Shown here piece by piece: positions 12,701 to 25,000 of a stretch of DNA of 64,000 nucleotides. The translations under genes were made by a program, and so were the position numbers. The notes beneath the pieces were generated by a model that made no database searches, was not told the origin of the DNA, and saw only the letters and a program-made list of their open reading frames with translations. The first letter of the stretch is position 1, and each line of letters begins with the position of its first letter. The stretch is taken from contig OZ037766.1 of NCBI GenBank assembly GCA_964035545.1, forward strand, positions 31,052,773 through 31,116,772. The letters run 5' to 3'. Origin of the DNA: Bugula neritina. Taxonomy: Eukaryota; Animalia; Bryozoa.

Positions 12701-14160
12701 CTTAAGCAGTTTATAGTGAATTAAGTTTTAAAATTATTACCTTGAAGTGCCTGTTCGTTTGCATTCAAAAATTCTTTAATGCAAAATTCTGCTTTGAGAT
12801 TGTTTTTAGATTTAGCTAATTCCAGTGGAGTGTAGCAGGGGTCTTTATAGTTTCCTACATTCAGTATTTTCATTCGCTCAGTTGGTGAAAGGTTGTTCAA
12901 CATATATCTTAACTTCTCTGTGTTACCATTGATTCCAGCTGTTCGATGCACAACAGTATCACCTGCATCATTTTCTATGCTGACTACCTTGTAGACAGCA
13001 TCTACTCGCACTGCAGCATCTATCAGGTATGTGAATGCTTCCATGTGGTCACCTGATGCTGCCTTGTGCAAAGCTGTATTACCAGATCTATCCTTCACAC
13101 TGAGTATTTTGTACAAATCATCTGGTGGTACTGAGTCTATTATACATTTCAGTGTTTCTATACAACCTGTGCTCTGTCCTCTTGCTACACAATGCAAAAC
13201 ATATTCTCCCTCTTTATTCTGTGATAGAAAAAGCCTAACCAAATCTGTTGATGATACAAGATCGGCTATACATTTCACTACTTCTGTATGCCCCCTCTCT
13301 GCTGCCAGGTGTAGTAAAGTATTGCCACTAGATCCGCATATTTGAAGTAGTTTGTATAGGTCAGCTACTGGTACAGAGCTCAGAATGTATTTGGTTATTT
13401 CTGAGTGGCATTCGCTTGTTGCTAAGTGCAGAGCTGTATTGTTTTCCTGGTCCTGAATGCAGAGTAATCTGTACAACTCATCCGCTGGCACAAATTCCAA
13501 TATGCATTTAACTGTATCCATATGACCTTCATATGCTGCCCAGTGCAGACATGTCTTATAATTCTCAAAGCTCTGTATGCTGAGAAGGTTGTACGATTCA
13601 CCGGCTGGCAAATAATTCAGCATGAATAACACGGTGTCTGTGTGTCCTTCACGCGCTGCACATTGTACAACTGTATTCCTTCCCCACCCCAACGTGTCCA
13701 TCTCCAACAATTGACGAAGCTTATCTGATGACAGAGACTCTGATATACATTTTATGATCTCTGTATGACCATAAGTTGCTGCCATATGCAAAACTGTTAT
13801 TCCATGAATTTTTCGAACACGAAATAGTCGGTACAAATCATTTGGCGACAAAGCGTCTACCACACACTTGACAATAGCTGTATGACCTCCACTTACTGCA
13901 TGGTGTATAGATGTACTACCATACCTATCTTGTTTGTTAAGTAACTTACAGAAGCCTTCTGGAGACAAAGATTCAGCTATACACTGCATAGTATCTGCAT
14001 AGCAACTTCTTGCTATTCGCATTAGCAAAGTTTCCCCTCTCTTCCCCTTTTGCTTGAGAACCTGATACTTGCTAGACTCTGATATAGAAGACAACACTTC
14101 TCTAAACTCCTCTGGATTTTTCATGCAATTTTTCAGCTTGCTGTACTTGCTAAACGACAT
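9732..14160 (-). CDS. Ankyrin-repeat-caspase fusion protein (about 10-11 ANK repeats + linker + peptidase C14 p20/p10), 7 exons, about 787 aa
   Basis: Exons 14160-12741 (ANK, phase 1), 12472-12333 (linker), 11804-11607 (VYRMSAPVRGRCLIINN..RDGSETD), 11406-11187 (IMTHG..GKPKIIIIQACGG), 10925-10794, 10646-10537 (GYRSARHTRLGTWMI), 9875-9732 (QQPTC..KRKLFLFP..*). All junctions are phase-compatible. The caspase part is very secure; the ANK-to-caspase join relies on a weaker CAT|GTACAA donor at 12333. Confidence 0.85.
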
Positions 14161-14999
14161 TTCTATAACTCCCTCTCTGGTGGTGTCCAAGGCAAAATAA
14201 CTAAAGCAATCGCTCTTTTTTGTATTATTTGTTAATCAGTTATTGATTATTGGCATTCCAATTGTTGCAGTGCGTTGCTTTTCTTTTAGGCTGGCCACCA
14301 AACCCCCTATAATGTATAGCTGTTTACTTCTCATAGATGTGCAAAATCATTCTGTTTGTTTGATAATGATCGATTGCATGTGAAAAGCTTCGTTATAATT
14401 GTAATATAGCTTTTAATTATCATAATAGGCTGTAAAACTTGTGTGATGTTATATATAAATTTATACATTTCAATTCCTATATTAGAAAATTTAAAATTAA
14501 GTATTTAAAAATTGAATTTATTTTGGGAATTTTTAGGTATAAAAGTAAATGGATATTTGCTTCTCAATGTGACATGAAGAGGGTAACTTTTAATTAGATG
14601 ATCTCAATAATCACTGTCAACTTTTGCAAATTTGTATGTCAGTTTATCTGCATGTCTGGTGTTGATAATCTTTTACTAAGTGAAGTTGCCCCATCTTGAT
14701 TTTTTTAATTAAATTTTTAATGACTGCACTACAATATCCATAAAGGCATTTCTATCTAGTAGATATATATAATTTCTCAATAAGAATCTAAAAGAAATAT
14801 AAATTTAAAATGATTTAAGGGACATCAAACCTTTGTTAAACAATACAATTGTTAAAAGTCCCACAAATCACAACATTTATAAATATAGTGAAATTAAAAT
14901 AAGCATTGATGTTTTATTCAACAATTTAAAATTACTGCTGGCCAGTTATTTTTTAAACTACAACACAGCACAGGCCTATTAGTATGTAATGTATGTAAA

Positions 15000-15140
15000 A
15001 TATGAAGCGCGAATAGCGTTATTTTGGAGTTGTGCCGTCCCAGTTTAGAGAATCTACGAAAGAGCAGAAGCTGGAGCGATAATGACGCACTAGGGTGGAG
15101 TCGCGATTTATTTGCTAGTTGACCAATGAGCGGCCATTTC
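15000..15140. promoter_or_regulatory. CpG-enriched candidate promoter between the divergent ANK-caspase and SEA-mucin genes
   Basis: Local CpG enrichment (GCGCGAATAGCG, GTCGCG), a TGACG half-CRE near 15083 and CCAAT at 15123, in an otherwise very AT-rich interval. Confidence 0.3.
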
Positions 15141-16057
15141 CAAGTTCAAGGACTTTATTAACTTTGAGATGAGAACTGAAAATGTTAGGTGTTAGAAACA
15201 AAACTAGTGGTGCCTTTAGCTTGTAAAGAAATACTGCAATTACAACGCCGTTGGAGAAGTTAAATGCCCTAAAATTGGGCATAATATTAAAGGCTCTTTA
15301 TTGGTAGTTAAATCGTTATTAATGAACTCAATTCTAATTCTTCACCTTTGACACTTGAAACCAAATTGAAACTCAAACTCAGTTAAACTATAACTACGTC
15401 TACTTCAGTACTTGAAACTTTCAACGACGTTGACTTGTACTTGATCCTGTACAGTTGTAGTACTAATACTGAATCTAGTAGCTAGTTGGTGCTTGTTACA
15501 GAAAATTTAAATTCTAGTTTTCTTTTAAAAATTGTAACTGTTCCATGTTCGTATTGAATATCTAGTTCTACTACTAGAATTAGAAGTAGAATTAAAAGTG
15601 AATACATCGAATATTGAATTGAATTTGAATATCATAACACTTATACAATTATGTGGAACATGTAAAATTAAATTTTTTCCTATTTCAACTGCACCTTGAC
15701 TTGCAGTGTGATACTGTGTATGTTACGGTAATGCTATTAGTATTAGTATTACTATTACATTAGTATTACTATTAGTATTAGTAAGTCACTAACTCTATGT
15801 GAGTGACATTGAGAGTCAGTCTCACTAACTCAGGCCGGTTTGCTGTCAAATTACTGTTAGAACTCAACGCTTTCTACAAAGAATTTTATTGCAATTACCT
15901 GTCAAGACAGTGAGACACACAGTGACTGCGAGTTGGATTATCAGTCTGAATTTACATCAGTATCTCCCCCATCATATCAGATTGACATGGCTCACGGGCT
16001 CATTGCTTGACAAAATATATTTGGAACTTAGCTTGCTCTTAAAACACAAGCCAAGTA

Positions 16058-19000
16058 ATGGATGGTCAGCAACAGTTTCTCAAACCCGTGAGTATAATAA
16101 TAAAAAAATGACTTATTTATAGTTCATGTTTGTATTTATTAATTTAAAGTTCAATTAGGAATTTATCGTTGGATTTGATGGTCATAAGACACTAAGTAGC
16201 CTGCTGTAGCAGTCCAACAATTATTCAAAAATGTTTTGAAGAGTATGGCAGATGCAAGATAATATTCAATAACATAAGTCATTTTAGTTTGGTTTATTTA
16301 TATAAAGTACAAGTACAATTATGGTCATTTCATTTTTTCACTGTGCACACACTAAAATTCCCCCAACCAAATATCTGGTATTTATCTAAACTCTTGATAA
16401 GTTTTGCCTAAATATAAGTAGCTATGCCTTGTTCCAAAAGCACATTTGGTATTTTAAAAATGCAATTTTAATTTTGATAATGATGTCATGTATTGACAAA
16501 GTGGACTGTGGGAACAATACTCTACTTTTTTAGTTTCAGTATGTTTTATTGCTAAATTTATGTAATTCAAAAACTAATGGAGCAGAGTGAGTTGATAAAT
16601 AACATATCCTCTCCTTTTGAGCTCCTCAACATATTTAACAAAGACACTTAATATGTACATTATAACTTTATAGTCTTGAGTTGGAATAATTTCCCCAAAC
16701 AGGTTTTAGCTGGTTATCTGATACTGGCGTAGGGTTTTTGTAGTTTCTACAGTAGTCATTGCTTGCTGGGGTATTGTTCTGCTTTGTAATGGTTAGCTAG
16801 AAAGCATACTCTGTATGTTTGTGTAGTAATAGTGGCTGAAAGTTGAATTCTCAAAGTGACGTATCTCTCATGTAATTAACTACTTGTCAAAAAAAACTGG
16901 AAGTGTTTCTATACATACGAATAATTAAACATTGTTTAATTGATATTAGAGGTGTATGCACACTCAGAATTCTTAGTGGACTTTTTAGTAATCATAAGTT
17001 GAGTTTGTGTTTGTTGTTTAATTAAATCATTCTTATAGGACAATAGAATTCATGGTTCACTGCCTTGTAATGAATATACGCACTGGCTTGTTTATTTTTT
17101 ATAAGCACGCATTCAAATGATTATTCTGAACAAAAGAGTCGTCATAAAGCTATATGCAAATTGTAAATGATTACATAAATGCAGTATACAAATATGCAAC
17201 AGCTAGTTGTGACTCAGAACTCCTCCTAACTTCGATGGCCTCTTAATTTATTCGTTGAGGAAATTTTATTGTACCATTTCGTGGTTTACAGATGCTTTCT
17301 GAGAATATGTTAAGCATAATATGATTAGATGATATCCAGTTTTCTATGATGGGCAAAGTTGGTCTACTCTAGTAATTATTATTATTACATATCTTGTGAT
17401 ACTCTCAGGGTTTTCTTTTTCATCAAATTTACTTGGGAATTGAATGATTACTAATTTTACCATAAAAATGGAGTAGTTCAAATTGTTCTACGTATTATGT
17501 CTATCATCTGCACATAAGAAATATTTTTTTAACTTTAATTTGAAAGAGCAGACTTGCTTATCAGTTACTCTATAAAGCTACTCTGATGTTTTTTAGTTTG
17601 GTGAAAGTCTGATTTCTTCTTAAATCTAGACTCATGGCGTCATTAGATGTACTGCTCTAAGTGTTAAAACTGTTTATAGCCTTGCTTTAATTATGGTCAC
17701 TTGTATATTTATTTCATTATATACCATGAGCATATGTATTTGGTAGAATGAACATACATATGTTACAAGCATAATATATACTGTGAGCTTAAATTTAATG
17801 AACATATAATATACCATGTGCATATATTGTATTGTATATATTATGAGCGTGTATATCATAAGCATATGTACTTTCAAACTCAAACATGGCAACAGCTAAG
17901 TATCTATTTGAATAGTAACAAGTTTTTATGGCAATATTGAATTTCTACTTTCCCTATTTTTACCCCTTATTAATGCTCTATAATATATAGTTTTCAATTG
18001 TATCATATAAATAAAGGTAAAGACTTCCTTGAATTTAACACAAAAGAATAAAGCACACTGGCTTTGTGTAGCCTGCTAGTACAAACAGAATAGCCTATGT
18101 ATTATAAGTAGTGTTGTACACAAGCCATTACAAGATATTTGAAATGATTCTAATACTAATTACCTCCCATCATAGTTACATGAAGAAATAGCTGGGTGTA
18201 GCTCTTCAAACCCAACTCAGGAATTTTAATCATAAATCATACTGCATAACCTCTACTTTATGCTGGTCTTCCTGCTTTCTATTTCAACTACAAAGTTGAT
18301 GTGTTTGATGTTTAAAGTTGTTATTAAGCTATGAGTAGATGGTACCACGTGTAATTGTTTATTGGCAGCACTTGATGGTGGTTTATTGGCAGCAAGGCAG
18401 GACAGCTGCAGTTTGTCAACTTTGAATGTTATGTAATCTTCGGTGGCTCTCTCATTTAGACTTGGTTCTTTTCTCATGAGTTTTCTCTGTCTGGCTGTAA
18501 GTCAGCCAGCTGCTAGTTTCTGCAGAGTCTGCATTATTCTCTTAGATCCCAGCTGTCTTTAGGTGAAATTGTTTCCTCCATAAGAAAATGAATTAAATCA
18601 TAAATGATTGTGGTGTTTAGGTTAACATTGCAGGACTCTGGAATTTTGAACTAGTGGAGAGACCCTCTATGGTTTAACGTAAAAAGCAATGCCAATGGTT
18701 ACCAAGTTGTAAAAATTAGCTTTTCTGATATAATTGTTTTTAAGATTTTAACTTTACATCTATAAATAGCTATTATCTTCATGAAGTAATGACCTAGCAG
18801 TTATGCTGTGTCATACAGTAACGTGTTAGCCTTGTTGTTACTCTGTTGCTATGGTGATGTGTAACTACACCTTAATATGGGTGGACCTAATCACCTGTGC
18901 TTAAAAATGTCATTTGATTTTTATGACATCCTTTATACTGAACAGGCTAACGCAGTAACTCGAACCAGTGGCAGACTGGGTCTGACATGTACTGTAGGTA

Positions 19001-22000
19001 CATGCAGGTGTACTCCTCACCAGTTGGCTGCCGGCAGCATTATTGGCAGCTTCTTCTAGCTGACATTTTGACTCGTAGGTTTTGACAATTCATTGTTGGG
19101 AGTTGTCCTCTCATTGTTCCTAAGTATGAAAAAAGGTCCCATGCTGATGTCTGTATATCTGATAATGACCGAATTTCACCTTTGGTTTAGGATTAGAGTG
19201 GTTAATATTTGTAGCAAGCCATCAGAATTATTCTATAAGCAGGTTGGAGGTAACTAATTGCAGCAGTTTGTGGGTCTCCAGTTTAGGTTGTAGTTTTGTG
19301 CCCCAACTTCAAACTTGAGACCCACAAACTGCTGCACTCAGTCACCCCTAACTCGGAGCTGCTTATAGAACAACTCAAACCACCAGGCTATCCTCTTAGT
19401 GAGTTTTTACCATATCTGAGATGGTTGCCAATAAATTTTATCTAGAGTTGGAATAACTTGATAAGTGACCAGTGTGAATAATAGATTATACACTGGAGAC
19501 AGGTGGATAACTGAACATGTGAATTGATTTCAGGTGCAGCATGTGCCCTTCTACGTGAAAAGACCAATCACCATTGACGCATCCTCCCACCCTCAACTCT
19601 TTGCTTATGCTAATGGAGGTAACAAACCAGCATCTTACAGCGTGGACCTATCACACCCCAGGTGAGTTATCTCAGCCAATAAGGAGGCAGCTTTGATAGA
19701 CACGGTGTTTAGAAGAGTTCAGAAGTTGCTGACCTTCTGTTGTCTGTCTCAACGTATAATTTACAAGTCTCAGACGTGTCAAGCTATTGATAGGTTCATT
19801 ATCTTTGTTATTTGAGATGTGTGCTACTCACTTCTAGATAATATCACACATGAGATTGTCTACCTGCTTTGCCTAATGCCAAGATAATGATAGTTTATGA
19901 AAATTTCACTTTCTTCGAAGAAATTTTGAACTATTCTCCTCATAAAAGGATAAGGCAGGTGAAATGTCTAATAAAAAGTAAAAAACTAGCAGAGAAAAGG
20001 CTTTAAATTATTGTTTAAAGCCTGCCCCACCCAATTTTCAAGTTAGTTTGGTATCATAAACAAGAATACTTTATATATTCCCTAATGAACGCTTAGTTCC
20101 AGCAGGATGTTAGACGTGAGCATATTTTCTAGGTTTGGCCGACCTAAGCAAACTGACCAACTATCTGAGCCGATCAACAGAGCTCAGAGTAAAAGCCTTA
20201 GAGATGTGTTTGAAAAGGCAATACTGAGAGGGGACGTGGCTATATATTCTCCTGGTATTTCCTTGAATACTTTGTTACATTCTCAGTCTATTTGTCTCAT
20301 AATATCTTGTGCTGTATTTTAGTAAATAGTTCACTTGTTTCCTACTTTATTGAAGATGAGGACAGTGGAGTGATGCGAAACCCCAGCTTCATCACAGCCA
20401 GTCTTCCTAGACCAGACAAGCATAAACAGAAGTCTGCCACAATTGGTGGTGACAACTACATGCATATAGGTGAGTGTAATATGTGTTAACGCATGCATGT
20501 AGGTGAGTATAATATGTGTCAACACATGCATGTAGGTGAGTATAATATGTGTCAACACATGCATGTAGGTGAGTATAATATGTGTCAACACATGCATGTA
20601 GGTGAGTATAATATGTGTCAACACATGCATGTAGGTGAGTGTAAATTTTGTACTTTCTACAACATATACTCTTTTGCAGTATTTAGTTTGACTTTTGTAT
20701 GACATTTTTTATTAAGTCAGTTCGAGCTTTATTTGAGAACTAAGTAGGCTTTGGGATACCATGCTGACACCTGGTATCTTATGCTGACACCTGGTATCAT
20801 ATGCTGATACCTGGTATCTTATGCTGACACCTGGTATCATATGCTGACACCTGGTATCATATGCTGACACCTGGTATCACATGCTGATACCTGGTATCAT
20901 ATGCTGACACCTGGTATCTTATGCTGACACCTGGTATCATATGCTGACACCTGGTATCATATGCTGACACCTGGTATCATATGCTGATACCTGGTATCAT
21001 ATGCTGATACCTGGTATCTTATGCTGACACCTGGTATCACATGCTGACACCTGGTATCTTATGCTGACACCTGGTATCTTATGCTGATACCTGGTATCTT
21101 ATGCTGATACCTGGTATCTTATGCTGATACCTGGTATCTTATGCTGACACCTGGTATCACATGCTGACACCTGGTATCTTATGCTGACACCTGGTATCTT
21201 ATGCTGACACCTGGTATCTTATGCTGATACCTGCAGGTAAAAGTGGTTACCGGAAGAGAAATGACTACTTTGTCGACAGCTCCAGCGACTCCGACAGCGA
21301 CAGTGGGAGGGGAGGGCAGCACAATGACGCGTACGTTGATGACGCAAGCAGCACTGTTTCCGACGAGATGTTCAAGTCTACCAGTGAAGGGCCCGCTCAT
21401 TCTACTGGTTCGATACTACTGTAGAACTTAGTCTACTTGTATTGTAATATTTATCTCTGGTGTAATATTTCTGGTGTAATATTTGTGGGTAGTGGATGTA
21501 GTGTACTATATGCAGTGTAATAATGTATTGTAGCATTTACAGTGTAATGTTTGTGGTAGAACATTACACCCTGTTTAGGTATGACTACTTAGGTATGATA
21601 GGAAAGTTTACTTAACTTGAGTGGACATGGCTTTTTCTACACTCTCAAACTCTACTCTACATTGTAGAAACACAAAGACCCAAACGGGTATCACTACAAG
21701 TTGATATTGTGTGTAACTGCATTTACATTATATAACGTTTCTTTTTCTTCTATACGTTATTACTCTGTTATGTTCTAATACACCCACCTTTATGCTATGT
21801 AATCTATACTGAATAACATTTACATTTATATCTGTTTGGAAAGAAGTAGATGATAAAAAGCTGTTACAGTGTAGCAGTAGTTCTGGAAAAGCTGGTTAAA
21901 TATATCAGCTGTAGCAACGATTTCTATTTTTCAAGTTTCGAATATTTTTTTATAAAAACTTACTTTGATAATAAAATTTTGAGATTGTCAATTATATAGT

Positions 22001-25000
22001 TACATAACACCATTGTTTGTCTCTCATTTTTCTCTATAAATGCTAGTTGAATCCTTATTCGCCAGTTTGTGAAAGTATTTTTTAATTAAGACTCTTTTGT
22101 AGAAGAGGAAGAGTTTCACGTGCAGCCACTGCCCCACCTTCTCGATGTGGAAGTGGGTCACCAGGCCGGGCGGTCAACTCTGGGGGGTTTCTTCAAACCC
22201 AAGTACCGTGACTATCCCCGTAACAATGTGCACCGCAGCTCTGAGCGAGAGCATAAGGAAACTATAGACTCCGGAACCAGTCGTAATTTCCGAAACCTAC
22301 ACCGAAACTCTATTTCTCTAAACAAGGGGGATAACTCCGTACACAGAGATGGGAGTATGTTAACACATAGACAAGAACCAAGTAGTGACAGTGGTAGGTT
22401 ACCACGAACTAAGTTACTTATGGGAGAAAGGACTCAGACGGACTTAGTGCCCAATATTGGTACAGACTGGGACAGTATAGCCGTTGAAACTCAGGGTAGT
22501 GCTAGACAGGGTCGGATTGAAAGGCGGGACAGTAGGGGTGGCAGTCACAGCCCTCGCATGAGTCATAACAAATATTTACCGAAGAAAAGGCGGAATTCAA
22601 GGCCTCGATCTCCCCGATTAACCAGTCAAGACACAGCTTTCAATGGTTAGTCACTAAAGATTAGTATCTCCTTCTACATGCAGTTCTCACGTCATGTTTA
22701 TAGGAATGTATATCATTTTCATTGTCACTCACTTGGCAAGAAGAGTTAACTTGGTAAGACATGGCTGGCATCTTTGCGTTTCTCTTAGACATAATTTGTT
22801 ATGCCCAATGAGCAGTGATATGTGATACGCATCTCTGTTCTTCACTGGACTCAATCTTCTTATTAATTGTTTCCATAGCAACCGTATTTTAGTCCAACAG
22901 CAACACACCCATAGCCTGGGTTTCTTGCCTATAGCTAGTAACGTAAGTTTGGATTGCGTTTAAAGGTCCCCTTACTAAAATAGCTTTTGGCAGTTGAAAG
23001 CCAGCGGTGGCTGTGTGATTGGCTGACCACCTCACTTCACTAGCTATCATAAGTTTGTGTGACTTGAGTTGTATCTTCTGTGTAGATCTAGACAGTATTG
23101 AGGTGCTCAGCCCCGAGATTCAGAGACGACAAAGTCAACCTTTAGCTGTACCGCAACATCAGCGTGAGTAGTAGTACTAGTAGTAGTAGTAGCAGTAGTA
23201 GTAGCAGTAGTAGTACTAGTAGTAGTAGTAGTACTAGTGGTAGTAGCGGTAGTAGTAGTACTAGTGGTAGTAGTACTAGCGGTAGTTCTAGCGGTAGTAA
23301 TACTGGCGGTAGTAGTAGTAGTAGTAGTACTAGTAGTAGTAGTAGTAGTAATAGTTGTAGTAGCAGCAGCAGTAGTAGTAGTAGTACTAGCGGTAGTAGT
23401 AGTAGTAGTACTTATAATAACTAATAACCTGCTACATTGTTCAGGTCAAGGACGTCTCACAGCCGAGGGAACTCCCTTGGAACAGATGGAGTTGGAAGAC
23501 CCGCCGTGGATGAAGGCAGAGATCAGAGAGAGGAGACGTCGGAGGAATAAGAAGATCTGTGTAGCGGTGGTCATTCTCACTCTGCTGGGGGTTGTGGCTG
23601 GGTTGGCGGTCCTCCTCTCTCAGGTTCTAGTTCCTAAGGCTGAGGTGTCCAGCACTTCCTTACAGCCTGGTGAGTCATCAGCGTTTTGTTAACTGCAATT
23701 TTATTGGTCATTTGTGTGCTAGCTTTATTGTAATTGGTTATTGTCATGCGTTTTGATAGACTGTGGTTGTGTTAACTACATCTGGATTGGGTAATGAAAT
23801 GTGAACTAATATTCTATTGGTTGTTCTTTTGTTGCCGTTTCTCTGCTATTCACTCACAAACCTGTGCACTGCTTATGACAATGTGGAATATTTAGTTGGT
23901 TTTCTCAACACTTTTCTGGAATCTTCACGTTAATATTTGGTAGTTTATTCTGGCTGCTGATTCTTGGAGAATATGTTTTAATCAAATAATCCAGTAAAAT
24001 GGTTGTTTCTAGTATATTTCACTGTTCCTCTACTGAAGGTAGCAATAAGGCCTCTTCAAAACTTATCTAGTTGATAAGTTATGCTATTACCTAGACTTAC
24101 CACCAGAGCAGTTATTAGAAACTTTGCTATTTTGGCTCTCTGCATGGCATAGAATTGTTTTGCAATACTGTTGGGTTATTTTGTAGTGTCAGTGATACAA
24201 ACCACAACCCCAGTTCTATCCACTACAACCGCATCCACTCTTGAAACTCAAAATCTAAGTAAGTGCCAACCAAGTATGATCATGCAAGCAATTGTTAGAC
24301 TTCCTAGTAAGCTAAGCAAACTAATATCTTTGTTTTAGACACTAAATGTTATTTCTCAGATAAAAACTTGCCAATATTGTATGCCTTATTTAACACGAAT
24401 GTCAGTTCTTATTCTATAATGCCGTTATTTTGGGAAAATGGCTGATGTCAGCTTAGAGTATTGGTGATTCCAGTGATTTAGAATATTGAGTATTCCAACT
24501 TCAATCCTACTGCCTTTTGGCACTGTATCTCTTATCCACATGTTGTTATTTTTCCACATATCATTAGGTTATTGGGTGTGCACGGGTTACACCCATTTAG
24601 TAATCATTTACCTAGATGATAATGTGAACTCTAGTTTATGCTAAGTATACCACTGTGTCAGTGAAGCATTAAGCGTAAACATTGATAATTTATGTTCCTT
24701 TTTCCTTTCAATTAAGTCTAAGCTTAGTAGTCTTACACAGTATAAGGAGTAATAATGGAATTTGTTACATCATAGATGTAAAAAATAAAACATTTTCAAA
24801 TGGAGCCTAAGCTTACTCTTCTCATGGTGTCAATGGAACGAATCAAAGTGAAAGTTGGCATTATTTTAGGTTTTTATTCGTTTTATTTTTGGAGTTGTTG
24901 TTATTGCTATCATAAATCTCTCTTAGTTTAGATTCAATATTTTTAATTCTGTGCCATCTTCAAGACTATCTAGGTATTTTAATTCGGGATATTTTCTACA

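Noticed and set aside
6991-13345. Plus-strand ORFs overlapping the ANK genes (6991, 7633, 13031)
   Set aside because: Antisense shadows with no independent motifs.
23164-23444. Poly-Ser and poly-Val ORFs
   Set aside because: Translations of an intronic (AGT)n microsatellite bounded by a GT donor (23164) and AG acceptor (23444).
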